Shown here: piece after piece, positions 26,343 through 39,865 of the stretch
Position numbering within the stretch: position 1 is the stretch's first letter
How the letters are laid out: each line of letters begins with the position of its first letter
Source of the DNA: Phyllobates terribilis
Lineage: Eukaryota
Assembly: GCF_046119375.1 (NCBI RefSeq)
Contig: NW_027362773.1
Coordinates: 125,178,001-125,242,000, forward strand
Length of the DNA: 64,000 nucleotides
Direction of reading: 5' to 3'
The notes under the pieces: model-generated
The model's input: only the letters and a program-made list of their open reading frames with translations
Told to the model about the DNA's origin: nothing
Databases searched by the model: none
Made by a program: the position numbers and the translations under genes

Positions 26343-27337
26343 AGAAACAATAAACCCAAAAGCATGATTGCTGGGGACACGTCAATACCTATGGGTACCT
26401 GTGAGTACGCACGTGTCGTGCCAGCAGCATAGCTCCAAGATACATATAACAACGAAAGACAAAAGGAGCTTTTTGATGCAAATAAGGAAATACTTTATTA
26501 AATATATTAATACACTATAAAAATTCATATAGAGTCCATAAAAAGATTTTATAAACGATGGTGTTCAGAAAAAGAGCAGACACCCCAACAGAGTAATCAG
26601 CCCACGGTAAGAAGTGCAAGATAAAGAGAGATTGTAGTAAGGCACAACCAAAAGTCAGCACATTAGACACCTGGCCAATTGAAGGCTTAAGGGACAGGGA
26701 AGCAGACAGTGCTGCTATAGTACCCCACAATGAGTCAAAACCAAGAAGACAAGGGGCAACTGGTAGGAGACGTAATGATGAAATATGCTGAAAAATGGAG
26801 CATAGGTAAAAAGGGTAACAGGGCACTTACCCAAGGGCTGAGAAACACCCCCCCCCCCCCTGTTGAGAAAGCAACGCATTGTCCACGCGAAACGCGCGTT
26901 GGGTAGGTGTCATTGCACCCTTTCATCCCCATTGGGGGGTTCTCAGCCCATGGGTAAGTGCCCTGTTACCCTTTTTACCTATGCTCCATTTTTCAGCATA
27001 TTTCATCATTACATCGCCTACCAGTTGCCTCTTGTCTTCTTGGTTTTGACTCATTGTGGGGTACTATAGCAGCATTGTCTGCTTCCCTGTCCCTTAAGCC
27101 TTCAATTGACCAGGTGTCTAATGTGCTGACTTTTGGTTGTGCCTTACTACAATCTCTCTTTATCTTGCACTTCTTACCGTGGGCTGATTACTCTGTTGGG
27201 GTGTCTGCTCTTTTTCTGAACACATCGTTTATAAAATCTTTTTATGGACTCTATATGAATTTTTATAGTGTATTAATATATTTAATAAAGTATTTCCTTA
27301 TTTGCATCAAAAAGCTCCTTTTGTCTTTCGTTGTTAT
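26343..27337 (+). mobile_element. Second PLE-type element with ~400-bp inverted duplication and degenerate hammerhead motif
   Basis: 14-bp TSD aaaatttatcttgt (26329-26342, 27338-27351); inverted arms 26445-26844 / 26940-27338; TTGAGAA...GAAACGCGCGTT at 26863-26900; AATAAA 27284-27289. Confidence 0.72.
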
Positions 27338-29948
27338 AAAATTTATCTTGTGTATCAATATTTTTTACACCCGATGTGAAGACAATGTCTTGTGGCCAGA
27401 TGGCCGATCATCGCTCCTACCAGTATTACGTTTTGTATAAGAAGCAAGACAGAAATGCTGTTGTGATTTTCTAGGTCAAAACATGCAAAGATGCCGCAGC
27501 AGGAGTTATGAGTATGATATGTCACACTCCATCCACAGGGATTCCCTCTCACTTCTCTTGAACTAAGTTCTAAAATTGTAAAATCAAGAACATTCCACTG
27601 TAAGAATGTGCAGTGATTGACATATTCTGCAGCCAGCGTAATGCTATAGTTCTAGGTGAGTCGATGTACTACTCCTCACATCTTACCCTGCACATTTCAG
27701 CATTGTGTACACAGGGCGTCAGAAACCTATGCATCAAAAAGTAATACCTGCAGTTTCTGCTATTAGGATCAAAAATTGGCCAAAGACATTAAAGGGAGTC
27801 TGTCAACACAAAATGACTATTCGACCCAAGAACAGATGCTTGGTGCACCCTTGGTGTGGCCAAACAGTTCAGTGCACCTTCCCACCTATTTGTTTTCCAT
27901 CTATCTCTGACTGCCTCTTGATTTATGGCTTTTGATTTGAAGAAGGACAGAGATATATGGAAAACAAGTAGGTGGGAAGGTGCACTGAACTGTTTGGCCA
28001 CGCCAAGGGTGCACCGTGCACCTGTACTTGGTTTGAGCAGTCATTTTGTACTAACTCCCTGAAAAGAGGTTTTTTAGGTCCATAACACTAATGATCTGTC
28101 CTGAGGATTAGCCATCAATATCAAACTGCCGAATTCTCCACCGATCAGTCAAATGAGACATGGCGCTCTACAAAGATTTGACTCGCCTTCATTATTCACC
28201 CGGTACAGCTCCATATGTTTTATAATGGCCGTGCCTAGTACTGCACTGAAACTGATACCTGGACCCCCGGAGGAGGGGGTGGGATATGACAGGATTCTCT
28301 GGTTGCCTCTTAAGCTGGCCATACATATTAGATGACTGTCGGCCAGACAAAGCTTTGGCCGGTTATTCATCTCAGCCAAGTCACCCATACACCGGAACGC
28401 TCGTTCGGCCAAGTGCTCCTGTGTTCTCCATGAAGAAGCTGCCGCCCAACATTTGGGCCCTCAATTTATCTTTGGGAGAGCAACGCGATCAGCAGTCCGA
28501 AATCAAACATGTCAGATCAACACCTCTCCCGATAATCAGGCGTCTGGCTCCCATATACACATCAGACAACTGGCCGAACCTGTCGATTATCGGCAAGTTT
28601 AGCCGACATTAGTCTAATGTGAATGGAGCCCTTTAATGTCTTGCACCGCCCCCCACTGGCCTTGCACAGGCCATAGCATACCTGTTGACTTCAGACTTTG
28701 CTTTGTAAAGCTCTTAAGTACACATAAGGCAAAAATGCATGTTTAGTAATTACAGCCTCAATTTCCTGTAGAATCACTAGTTTTCGCCCAGAACCATTTT
28801 TCGTCTTTCAAATGGAGCCAGTAAATGGGGAAAAACAAGGACTTAGAAACACAATGGTGTCCATCTTCTGAATCTGTCTGTGTATACGGATATAGTCACA
28901 TATACTTTACAGACAAAATCAATCAGCGCTTCATGAGCCCAAAATAGTCTCTAACCTTTCCAGAAGTAATAAGTTCATATTTAGCGATTTTGGGACAAGG
29001 TGATCGAGTTGCCAGATGATGCTTCTACAGTGGGAAGGGCACAGCCGCTTCATCCTATTTTATAGTGTTATGGAATAGCAGTTCCTGCCTTTTGTCACAC
29101 TTTGCTAATTAAAATTAAACACTATTGTAATATTTATTTGTTTGATTTAATAAAACTGTATTAAAAGTTTGTGTTAATATGTTTGTGGAATTTAATGTAT
29201 GCATTCAGAGCCACGTGTACTATGTGTTATGTGGCCTTTGGGTTTCCATGTGCTGTTATATGGTGGCTTAGCAGGAAGTACCTGCATAGTTTAGTATCCA
29301 ATAAATTATTTTTTTTATAATTTAATTTTTTATATATTTTTTTCAAATTATGACCAACATCCTTTTGAATGAAGTTGTGGGTCATATATAGTAATTATAG
29401 GAGAACCTCAATGGGTGACATTTTATGGCTCCGTATAAAATTCTTCTTGATTACTCTGAATCTTGGCAATTTAATCCCGTAGATGCACGGACAGGGATTA
29501 AAGGGAGTCTGTCAACAGCAATTAAGTGTGGCAACGAGTGATGGTACGTTGTTTATCAGGGTTCAGAAATGAAAACTACTTTTTTGTTCTAACTTGTTTC
29601 TATATTGCTGAGAAATCTTATTTCTCCTAATATGCAAATTCAATTGCAAGTGCATTGGGGTGGTATCAGTGCACCTGCACTTGGTCGCTCTTCTTAAGTT
29701 ATCCTTGCCTGGCATCACTCTCCTCTATGTGAATGACAGAGTGTTGGTCATCTGTCCCAACTCCAGAGCCGGGTCTTGCTTCCTTCCCCTATAGCTGGCT
29801 CTGTTTGTGCTGACAGCGCCAGGTATTGTGATATCCCAGCACTCATTATTGATTTTATCATCCTAGGCAATTTAAGGCCTCAGGGCAGCTGTCGTTTGCC
29901 TGAGTATTGAGAAAGCATAGTCTTTAGCAGCCACATATTTATCATGAC

Positions 29949-30215
29949 TTATTTATTTATGTTACTTATATAGTGCCATTAATTCCACAGCGCTTTACAG
30001 ATATTATGGGCACTGTCTCCATCGAGGCTCACAATTTAAATTCCGTATCCGTATGTTTTTGGAGTGTGGGAGGAAACCAGAGAACCCGGAGGAAACCCCT
30101 GCAAACACGGGGATAACATACAAACTCCTTGCAGATGTTGTCCTTGATGGGATTTGAACCCAGGACCCCAGCGCTGCAAGGCTGCAGTGCTAACCACTGA
30201 GCCACCATGTTGCCC
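29949..30215 (-). mobile_element. tRNA-derived SINE (V-SINE-like)
   Basis: Minus strand A-box tggctcagtgg, B-box ggttcaaatcc, central ggtttcctcccacactccaaa domain, (TAAA)n tail. Confidence 0.85.
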
Positions 30216-32065
30216 AATGACTTGTTTCATTTTCTACTAGGCCCTGCTCCAACTATATGTCTAATTATATCCTTTGCTACACCTAATTAAAATTGTAGTT
30301 CCAGCATTTATTTCCAAGCTTGGTCCAGCTAGTGTAGGTTTTATCCACCTATAATCCTGCTATCAAGATTCTCAACTGTTCTTTTTGTTGTTCTTGCCAT
30401 CATCACTACTGTCAAAATACTTGTGTGTTAATGCATCTCTGTAAGCAAGTTACCAGTTTGCTAAGTACTTCTATTTATGTGTGTTCCGTATATCTGTAAG
30501 CAAGTTACCAGCTTACCAATACATTGCTGCTAACCTGCAATTAACCATGTCCCTTTGGCAAGTTCCAGGGTTGCACTGCTATCCTACAGTTAACCATATC
30601 CTTGCTGAAAGTCTCTGATTCTATATATTTCTTCGCTGTTAGTGGATGCTGTAGCGTTGTTATATACACAATCTCCAGCTTCGCTTGCATATGTGTATGC
30701 CCTGCTGTCCTGGTCCTTGCTGATCCATGTGCTGCATCATCATCTCTAGTCCCCGCTGCTCTCCTTCTCACCCTGACCTACGGTTTACAGAATCACCAGA
30801 AGAGCCCATAACATAAGTTATGGGTCTCCGTATATAGCAAGAATAATATATTTGATTTTATGTTGTAAAAGTAGTAAAACATTAAAAAAAACATACATTT
30901 GGTACTGCCATAATTGTACCAATCTGCAGAATACACAACATGTCAGTTGTACACATGAAATAAACATGAAAACCTCCAAATAATAGGAAATGCTATTATT
31001 TATCACTCAACATGAAGCTGTCACACTTGGGTGGGGAGAGTCGCCGGCCAATCCGTGCACTGCGTTCTGATCTCGCTCCGATTTATATGGTTGTCTGACT
31101 CTGAATTTTGAGATATTTCAAAGTGTTTTATGCTAGAATTTTGGCAAAAATACTGTGATGAATCAGAGCCTACGGGTTTATTCCCACCCACAGAACGATA
31201 CTATAATGGAGGGGACTATTTGCACCGCTCAGCCATCCAGGTGTTACCAAAAAGCTTAGAATGCCATACCTCATACCTTGATGCACATCAATCAGATAAC
31301 TGTAAGGGCTCTTTCAAATTAATATAAGAAACTTTGTAATATATTTTACTAGAGGAATATGCTTCTTTCTCCACTTATGAGCCACATGTAAAATATTCTG
31401 ATTCATAAATTCAAGCAATGTCCACTGTAAAGGGGTTATCCAACTTTTACTTTTTTACATTATATCTGAAAAAATAGCTATATTTACATCTTATTTCCGG
31501 TATTTGTGTATCAACAACTGACATGTGACCACTGTAGCCAATCAGTGGTTGCAGTAGTCAACTGGCATCACAGCTCAGCAACGGGAGTATGATGCCACGG
31601 CTGCAATTATCGTGTGCCGGACGCTTGTAAACGAAGATATGTAGGACCACCAGAGCCTCTGCACTTGGTTACAAAATGTACAACTGTTTTTAAATGGTCA
31701 CTGCTTTGGTTTCATGACCAACATCATTGCCTATCTGTATACAGCACATCTTCCTATCATATCAGCAGTGGGCACTATTAAAATAATAATGTTTAGTGTC
31801 AGTATTGATGATATGGCTGCATAATAAGATGGTGATTCTACAGTACCTGTGCCGTAGCTTCTACATTTCACCTGTGTGTTCACATGTTAATATTTCTGTA
31901 ACTAATCATACATCTGTACACAAGCAATGAAAAGCAGAGTACCATATATACATAACGGTCATGATGGAAATATTCACCCCCTTTTTTTAATAAATGACCA
32001 TGACACTCACATATTCATATTTCAGTCTACTGCTTCAACTTGGAAAGAAGTACAGACACATAGCA

Positions 32066-32417
32066 GAGTTATAACATGGGTAAAACAGAACTCCTGAATT
32101 GAATACATTTGTACTTTAGCTACACTACATTTCTGTTCAAACATTTTCCACTAGTCTAATCTATTTACAGGAACAGACAAATGGAATTAATGTGAAAAAC
32201 CGATCCATTGCATAACTGATACAAGCAGAAACAGCAGGACCCTACTTCCTTCTGTTTCTGCTTGTATCAGTTATGCAACGGCAGTTTTTCACATGAATTC
32301 CATTTGTCTGTTCCTGTAAATAGATTAGACAAGTGGAAAGAGTTTGAGCGGAAATGTAACATAGCTTAAGTACAATATATTCAATGCAGGAGTTCTGTTT
32401 TCCCCATATTATCACTC
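32066..32417. repeat. Fold-back palindrome, ~170-bp arms, ~17-nt loop (probable MITE)
   Basis: Core gcataactgatacaagcagaaacag-loop-ctgtttctgcttgtatcagttatgc; pairing continues outward with mismatches. Confidence 0.85.
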
Positions 32418-34506
32418 CATTATATGTTATTATTATGGGGTCTGTCTGGAATCGGTTTATGTTCTTAGAAAAGAAGGGAAAGTTCTGCAAACTTCGCTTC
32501 TTCATCCTGTCTAAAAAAATGAAACAGAATGGAACCCAGCCGGACCCCATAATAATCAGTGGAGTGCCTCTGCCATTTGTCTGTTCCTCTAAATGGAGAA
32601 GAAATGTAATATGCAAATAGAAATTTGAACTTAGCCTTAAAGGGGTTTTCCTCATTCACCAATTTGAAGGCTAAAGGCTCAGTGATGTGTAAAATAGCAA
32701 ACTGAGCTTTATTTACCCTCCATGGGTCCAGAGCTGCCTTCCATTGCCGCCTGGGTCTCTGTTGATTGGCTGCAGCTGATGTAGTCAGTACGAGCCCCTG
32801 AGCTCATTGATTGCCTGCAGCCCTGATGTCGTGACAGATGCCTGTTAAAGAATCAGGCGAGGCACGAAGTAGAGTGTCCCTCTTTGTGCGCCTCACCACA
32901 AACCTTACCACAGTCAGGGACTGAAGGAAGCTGCTACTTGTCATGAATTTGATGAGTATCATATGGTCATGTATACAAAACTTGCTTTATGTCATACAGT
33001 CGCCTTAGTAACTGTAACACCCAGTTACTCAACTACGCAACTCTGTTACATTGCTGGGCTCAGCTACATCACCACAGTGAGTTTCCTGACATACTTAACT
33101 TTGTTACAACACTAGAGTGAATCCCCTTATCTACTCAACTCTGCTACATTTCCGCAGTGAGTCTCCTGACCTACTCAAATCTGCTACATCACTGAACTCT
33201 GCTATATCACCACAGTGAACCTCCTGATATATTCAGACCTGCTGCATCACTGGGCTCTGCACCCTCACTACAGTGGGTTTCATGACCTACTCAACTCTAC
33301 TACATTGCTGGGCTCTGCTACATTGCCACAGTAGCTCATCTGACTTACTCAACTCTGCTATATTGCTTGGCTCTACTATACCACTTTACCACAGTTTTTC
33401 AAAAGACTCCATGATATACTCTACTCTGCATCATCACTAAATCTACTCTGCTGTGCCACTATTTGCCTCATCAGCCTCCCTACCCTGAACCTCTGGCTTC
33501 CTAGTGGACTTCTACTCAATTGATCCAGTTGCTGTCTGATCTCTACCCCCTTTTTTGGTCCGTCCAACCAGACCATCCTGGGTTTCGAGGATCCACCTTT
33601 TCAGGTGAGATATAACTCATGCATAAAAATATCCTAAAATAATAAAAAAGGTAATTATTCACATTCCAGCTTACATTTTCCCATGGCCTATTTGAAAATG
33701 AGAAGAGTAATTACGTTTCCTTAGAATAGTTTTTATGCAGGAAGCCAATGTTTTTTTATGGAGAAGTCAAAGTAATTTAATATGATGACTAGAACTTTGG
33801 TACTCGGCCAACTCCTCCTCACCTGCTAGCACTGACCTACTGACATTAGCAAAATTTCGCTTCCACTAGATCACAACTCATCTGACTCAATGGATACACC
33901 CTGGGTACAGGAAAAAGTCACACTCATAATTAAGCCATGCTTTATTAGGTGAAGGGTGTGGGGGTAAGAGTTATCTGTAACTTTTTACTTTGCTAGTTTT
34001 ACAAACTCTTCACTTGTCACTCCGTATTTGTGAAGCTCCTGGAACTCCAATGTAACTCGCTCCCAGCCCCTCACTTAGGGCTCGTGCAGAAGACTGTTTA
34101 AATCGGACAAGTGTTTTTTGTCGGATTCACCCGTACCCATGTTATTCTATGGCACTGTGTACATGCCAGATTTTCTCCTCGCACCAAAAAAATCTCAGCG
34201 TGCACAATTTGCCTCCGAGAATCGGATGGCACTCGCCCATTCATGTCTATGGGTCCGTGAAAAAAATCGGTCCGCGTTTGGATGACAAACGAGTTCGGTC
34301 CGATTTTTATAGACTGACTGCATAGAAAAGGTGGAGAAACTTTTTTTTCTCTCTCCGACTTCCAGAGAAAAACAGATCCCACTCTGATCAAACTCTGATC
34401 AAAGTCTGATCAGAATGGAATTAGCATAATTGGACCGTTTTTCTCAGATGGAGAAAAAAAAACGGTCGTCTGCACCTGCCCTTAGCAGGAGAGCCACACT
34501 ATTTAA

Positions 34507-35160
34507 TGACAGCGTCAGCATCCCTGCATGATTCCCCTTCCTCCTCCCGGCAGGGACGCCGACATGCTCGCTCACTCACCCTCTCTGCTCCGGTCCCAGT
34601 CGTGTCAGCTTCCTCCCAGGACCTGCTGGTCTCCTGGGAGTGTGGTTAGGGCATGTGTACATGCGCACTCCCTGCTTCTTAAAGGGGTTATTCTGAAATG
34701 TCCCCAGCCAATCGCTGGGAGACATCTGATATTTAAGGCACCTTCCCCTATAAGGAGGTGCCGTAGCATCATTAGTGATCAGTGTGTATTCCTGTTACTT
34801 AGTTGTAAGGTCACTGTGCCTGTGCTCCCAGAATCTGATTCTGCCCATCCTGCTGATCTTGGTCCTGAGCCAGTCCTGCTTTCACCTAGTCGTGAGCCTG
34901 TTCCGTCTTGTCCACATCTTTACCGTTACCCTCACCTGTGAAGTCTGAACCAGCACCTGTGATTCTGCACCTGAGTCCGTCCTGTGTTCTTGAACCTATC
35001 CTGTCCGTGCCGGGTCCAGTATCCATCCTGCCTACCAGCCGTGCAGTCCTATAGTGAACCTGCTCTGTCTAAACCAGCCGTACGTCCTCCTGTTAACCAG
35101 TTCTTGGCCGGCTGTTCTCGCTGGGCAGTCCTCAGCCTCACGCTGGCTGGCCTGATGACA
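34507..35160 (+). mobile_element. Old solo LTR related to the chromovirus LTRs in this window
   Basis: Starts tgacagcgtcagcatccctgc, has cttaaaggg, CCAAT, TATTTAA + ggcacct...aggtgcc hairpin, ends ...gatgaca; TSD not recognisable. Confidence 0.6.
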
Positions 35161-35350
35161 TTATTACATCATACTAGTAAGCATGTAGCAACAACGGGCA
35201 CCATATAAGTAGTGAATGGAGGTGCAGAAACCATTCATTATAGAACTCCTGCCCTCAATGAAAACTGACTGGCTCTTAAGAATGGGCCATATGGATGCAA
35301 AATATAAGAAAAAAACCTTTTTCTATTTCCTTTTGAAAATTTTTGCCACT

Positions 35351-35871
35351 AAGAAGTGGCGTTGCAAGCGCTGAAGATCCAGGCTAGTGCACCTTTGGCC
35401 GAGTGCCCCACATCTCCGGGCAAGCACCTCTTTGATCTATGATCCTGTCAACATGACACCCATAAGGTTGCACGCTATGGTGGAACAGGGAGACGTCGGC
35501 TCCCCATTCCACCACTCTTCATTCTATAGTCCACAACTGGAAAATAGGAAGAAGTCAATACCTCCTACAGGCAGGTAGACTTTACAGTCATACATTTTGT
35601 ATATGGCCCCTAAGAAGTTGCGTTGCAAGCGCTGAAGATCCAGGCTAGTGCACATGCCCCAGACCTTTGGCCGGGTGCCCCACATCTCCAGGCAAGCACC
35701 AGTTTGATCTGTCAACATGACACCCATAAGGTTGCATCCTATGGTGGAGCAGGGAGCCGCCGCTCTCCGTTCTCTAGTCCGCAGCTGGGAAATGGGCAGA
35801 AAACCGCCATGCATGCATCTATTTTCTGCTCCCTAGCACCAGCATCAGCAAGAAGTCAATACCTCCTACAG
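35351..35871. repeat. Two-copy tandem duplication (~220-260 bp)
   Basis: aagaagt..cgttgcaagcgctgaagatccaggctagtgcac ... aagaagtcaatacctcctacag occurs at ~35351 and ~35612. Confidence 0.85.
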
Positions 35872-37076
35872 ACTCACAGCCACACATTTTGTATATTACA
35901 AAAAGTCTTTACATTGCATAACAGGTAAAAGACCCACAAAAATATTGGTTAGAATGTAATTTGTGAATTTCACAAAGAACCACATAGCAGACGTATAGCT
36001 CAGCGTTATGTGACTGTTGCTGGCACTTGCACTCACTAATATTATACTTTGGCTAACGAATGACCATGAAAAAATAATCAAGGCTATGGTCCGTCTTCAA
36101 AGCTGCGTGCTGCTTCATGTTATGTCCCTATTATAGCAACTTAGTGCCTGCACCAAGAGAACAAATGTCCCTCAATTAGGCCCAGCCTTAAAAATAAAGT
36201 TCAGGATGATTGATGAGTCTTTTGGTCGAGTTTTCCATATAGTTAAACTGATCACTTTGCTTGTTAGAAGTTCTTCAAGGTGTTGGAACTTGAAGAAAGG
36301 AATGCTGCGTGCTGTGGCAGGGCCTGGTATATCTATATGGCTTTTTTCTTTCTAAAGTTAATGTGCTTACATGAGTATAGGACCCGGAAAATTGTGAAAT
36401 ATTTACATCATTCATGTAAGGCTCGACGATGTGCGACAATCACATTTCCCCGTTGTATGCCAATATTCGCTTTCCATCATCGTCTTGGGAGTGCCACTGT
36501 TCATGTGTCCAGTCTGTCGCATTTGTATAGGTAGTCTCTCCGATTTTGTTCTAGAAAAGTGGACCTCAAACATTTCCAGTACTGTAAATCAACAAAATCA
36601 TATAGTATTTACCCTCCCCAGGTCCATTGCCAGCTCTCCATCGTTGCTCCGGTCTCACTGTATTGGCCACAGCGGTGACATCCCGTTGAAAGCTCAAATG
36701 ACTTCTGCAGCCAATCACTGAGCTCAGTGGCTCATGCCGCTTGCATTGCCAAGCCGCTGAGTTCAATGATTGGCTGCAGTGGTTATTTTAGCTGACAATA
36801 CACTGAGGCTGGTAAAGTGATGGACCCAGGAATGGTGAGTACTATCTGATTTTGTTATTTTACAATAAAGGAAGCTTTATCTTTTTTTCTAAAAATGGAC
36901 AACCCCTTAAAGATAAGAAGGGTCATTCACATACGGTACAATTTGGTGACTACAGCACATCTACACTACATGCTGTATTAGAATACCACTTGGCAGTACA
37001 CCACTTTTTTTTAATCTGTCCCATTGTCTTTCTTTCTGGTTCATGCATCAGATGTATCTACCCCTTTTAAACTTAA

Positions 37077-37464
37077 AGAGGTTGTCCACTACTTTAGCAT
37101 TGATGACCTATCATCAATGTCTGATCGGTTGGGGTTTGGCACCCGGTACCCCCGCCGGTCAGCTGTTGCTGCCGACAGGTAGTGCTCACTTGCGGAGCTG
37201 CTCCATCTTCTAGTAGTGGCTGCTGCAGGGTACTAAACATCTGCCTCCTATTCAAATCAATAAGGGGCGGATGTGTAGAACCCTGTGGCGGCCACTATCA
37301 GAAGACGGCCAGCTCAGCTAGTGAGTACTTCTGGCCGGCGGCCTCGGCCACCGACACCGATAACAGCTGATTGGCGAGGTGTCGGTTGTTGGACCCTGAC
37401 CGATCAGGCATTGATGACCTATCCTAGGGATAGGTCATCAATGCTAAAGTAGTGGACATCCCCT
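37077..37464. mobile_element. T2/Kolobok-like MITE with ~36-bp TIR
   Basis: ttaa|agaggttgtccactactttagcattgatgacctatc ... gataggtcatcaatgctaaagtagtggacatcccct. Confidence 0.75.
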
Positions 37465-38502
37465 TCAAGAAAAAAAAAATCTGTAAATTAGAGCCTCAGC
37501 TATCATTGACAAACTGCATGATAGGTAGAACAACTGGCAGACTATCACTAACCGCACTTCTGTTGCATGTCAGGTGACCACAGCGTTGATGGACACATGA
37601 GGTCACCTTTGCCAGTGGTTAGGCAGCCATCTGAACTGGATTGGGTGCATTTGTAGATCCTATTCCTGAATAATGGTTATAATGGGAAATGTCAGCTTTC
37701 AGATATAAATTCTTCACAGCATACCTTTAGGTTCTACTTACCCTGGGGTCGTGGTTCCATCCGTGGTTTCCTGGCTACCAGAACAGAGTACGGATCTATG
37801 ATAAAGTCTCCACAAGTCTGTAGCTATAGAGGATTTCCTTGGTCATAGGTTATCATTATCTGATTGGTGGCCACCACCACCCATCGGCTGCTACCAGTCC
37901 TGGCGGCAGCCCGATGTAAGCATTGAATGGTGCTGCACTTACGATCCAAACCCACTGAAATCCAGCAGACCGTCTGATCAGGTACTGTGTAGAGAGGCAG
38001 TCTCACTTTCTCCTTACCAATGATTTCATGGAAGAGAGGGATTGAGTTGTTTGAACGTCTATAAGGGAGTAGGAAGAGGAGCTGCTGGTCAAACAAATTA
38101 TCTAAGGTGCATGGTCTCCTTTAGATAAAAAGTTAAAATTGATTGTCTCAAGATAGTCTTCACAAGAGCACCGCTCCCAGCCCCTGGCGTATTGCTTTGC
38201 CAGTGGCAGTGCGCTCCTGAAGGCTGACAGCTCAGGCCAATGGCATGGTCGTACCTCTGGTCCAAACTGACTGATCTCTCACAAGCTACTGGCAGAGGAA
38301 GCGTTACCTCTGCAACCAGGGTCGGACTGGGGCCCACAGGAGGAATTTATCCTAGGGGCCCCTTACATCTATATGCAAATACCTGTTATCCGCTATCCCT
38401 GTTATAGTGGAGCGTCGATTGTAAATCACAGGAGACTCTTGCACATCTACTGTGCACCACTATAACTGGGATGCACAATTACGGAAGTTTACATTACAGG
38501 GG

Positions 38503-38760
38503 TGTAGCATCGGCGACGCCGTTCCCCTCACCTGTTGCCTGTTGTGCCCGCCTGCCTGCCTACCTGGAGCACCTGCCTGTTACCTGTCGTGCCCGCTAGG
38601 TTGTCTACCCGGACCACCCATCTGCCTTCCTGCCGTTCTCATCCGCTGTACTGGTCAATTTCTGTCATCTGACCCGTGGGAGTCACCTGCTCTCATACAA
38701 GGTCGGTCCCAGAGTGGCACCTGGTCCACCTGCCCGCTCCCTCCCTGGTTCACGGAGTCG
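38503..38760 (+). mobile_element. Internally deleted chromovirus LTR remnant
   Basis: Begins tgtagcatcggcg like the Gypsy LTRs; shares the cccgtgggagtcacctgctc...caaggtcg U5 segment. Confidence 0.65.
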
Positions 38761-38987
38761 ATTGCATGGATTTATATAGTGTGACCAAGTTGTCAAGCAT
38801 TATTCCAAGTGATGCTAAAATCGCTTGGAAAAGCGCTTGATAACCCGCATGCAGAAATGCATGCAAAAACGCTTGACAAACTCTTCTACCTGGCGGGAAA
38901 AACATATGTAAAATGCGCATGCGTTTTTCCTGCCAGGGAAAAGCGGAAAAAATATGCAGCATTTCTGCATCGTGGGCACATAGCCTT

Positions 38988-39173
38988 AGGTCATGTTCAC
39001 ACGTTCAGTATTTTACATCACTTATTTGTAAGCCAAAACAAGGAATGGAACAATCAGAGGAATAGTATAATAGAAACACGTCACCACTTCTGTATTTATC
39101 ACCCACTCCTGGTTTTGGCTTCCAAATACTGATGTAAAGTACTGACCAAATACTGAACGTGTGAACGTGGCCT
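38988..39173. mobile_element. Palindromic MITE (AGG-ended)
   Basis: aggtcatgttcacacgttcagtattt ... aaatactgaacgtgtgaacgtggcct. Confidence 0.7.
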
Positions 39174-39339
39174 TAGGATAGGTGATTACTTGTTTTCACT
39201 GGAGAACCTCTCTAAGTGCATATTTGCTACCATGTAAAAGACACAGGACAGGGAGGGGTTAAACGCCAAAGCATTTAATCTCTATTGGAAATAAAGAATC
39301 TTCCTCTTATTGATATCAGAGAGAGGAAATAGCTGCCAT

Positions 39340-39865
39340 ACACAACACAATCCACTATACCAAGACCAATACCACCACATACAAGGGATAAATACCGCCA
39401 CACCATGATCAGATCACATATTACCACCACATAGTAACCGAATAATACCACAAACAAGAGACAAATACCGCCACACTGAGACCAGCCCATATATTAACAT
39501 CACATAGTGACCAAATAATACCACATACGAGGAACAAATACCGCCACACCATGACCAGACCAAATATCACCACCACATAGTGACCAAATAATACCACATG
39601 CAAGGAATAAATACCGCCATACCATGACCAGACCACATGTTACCATTACATAGTCAACGAATAATACTACAATAAGGATCATAAATAAAAAACACAATAC
39701 TAATAACACAAATATTACCACTGGTGATATTATACACAGGAGCTCTGTATATAGTGTCAGTGTACAGGTAATACAGGGATCACCAGTGACATTATACACG
39801 GGAGCTCTGTATATAGTGTCAGTGTACAGGTAATACAGGGATCACCAGTGACATTATACACAGGA
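39340..39865. repeat. 73-bp and 62-bp tandem arrays inside the hAT skeleton
   Basis: aataccgcca recurs at 39391, 39464, 39537, 39610; caccagtgacattatacac recurs at 39781, 39843. Confidence 0.85.

Noticed and set aside
26344-26400. Apparent exon (tag|...ATGATTGCT...|gtgagt)
   Set aside because: Lies inside the TSD-bounded PLE-type insertion.
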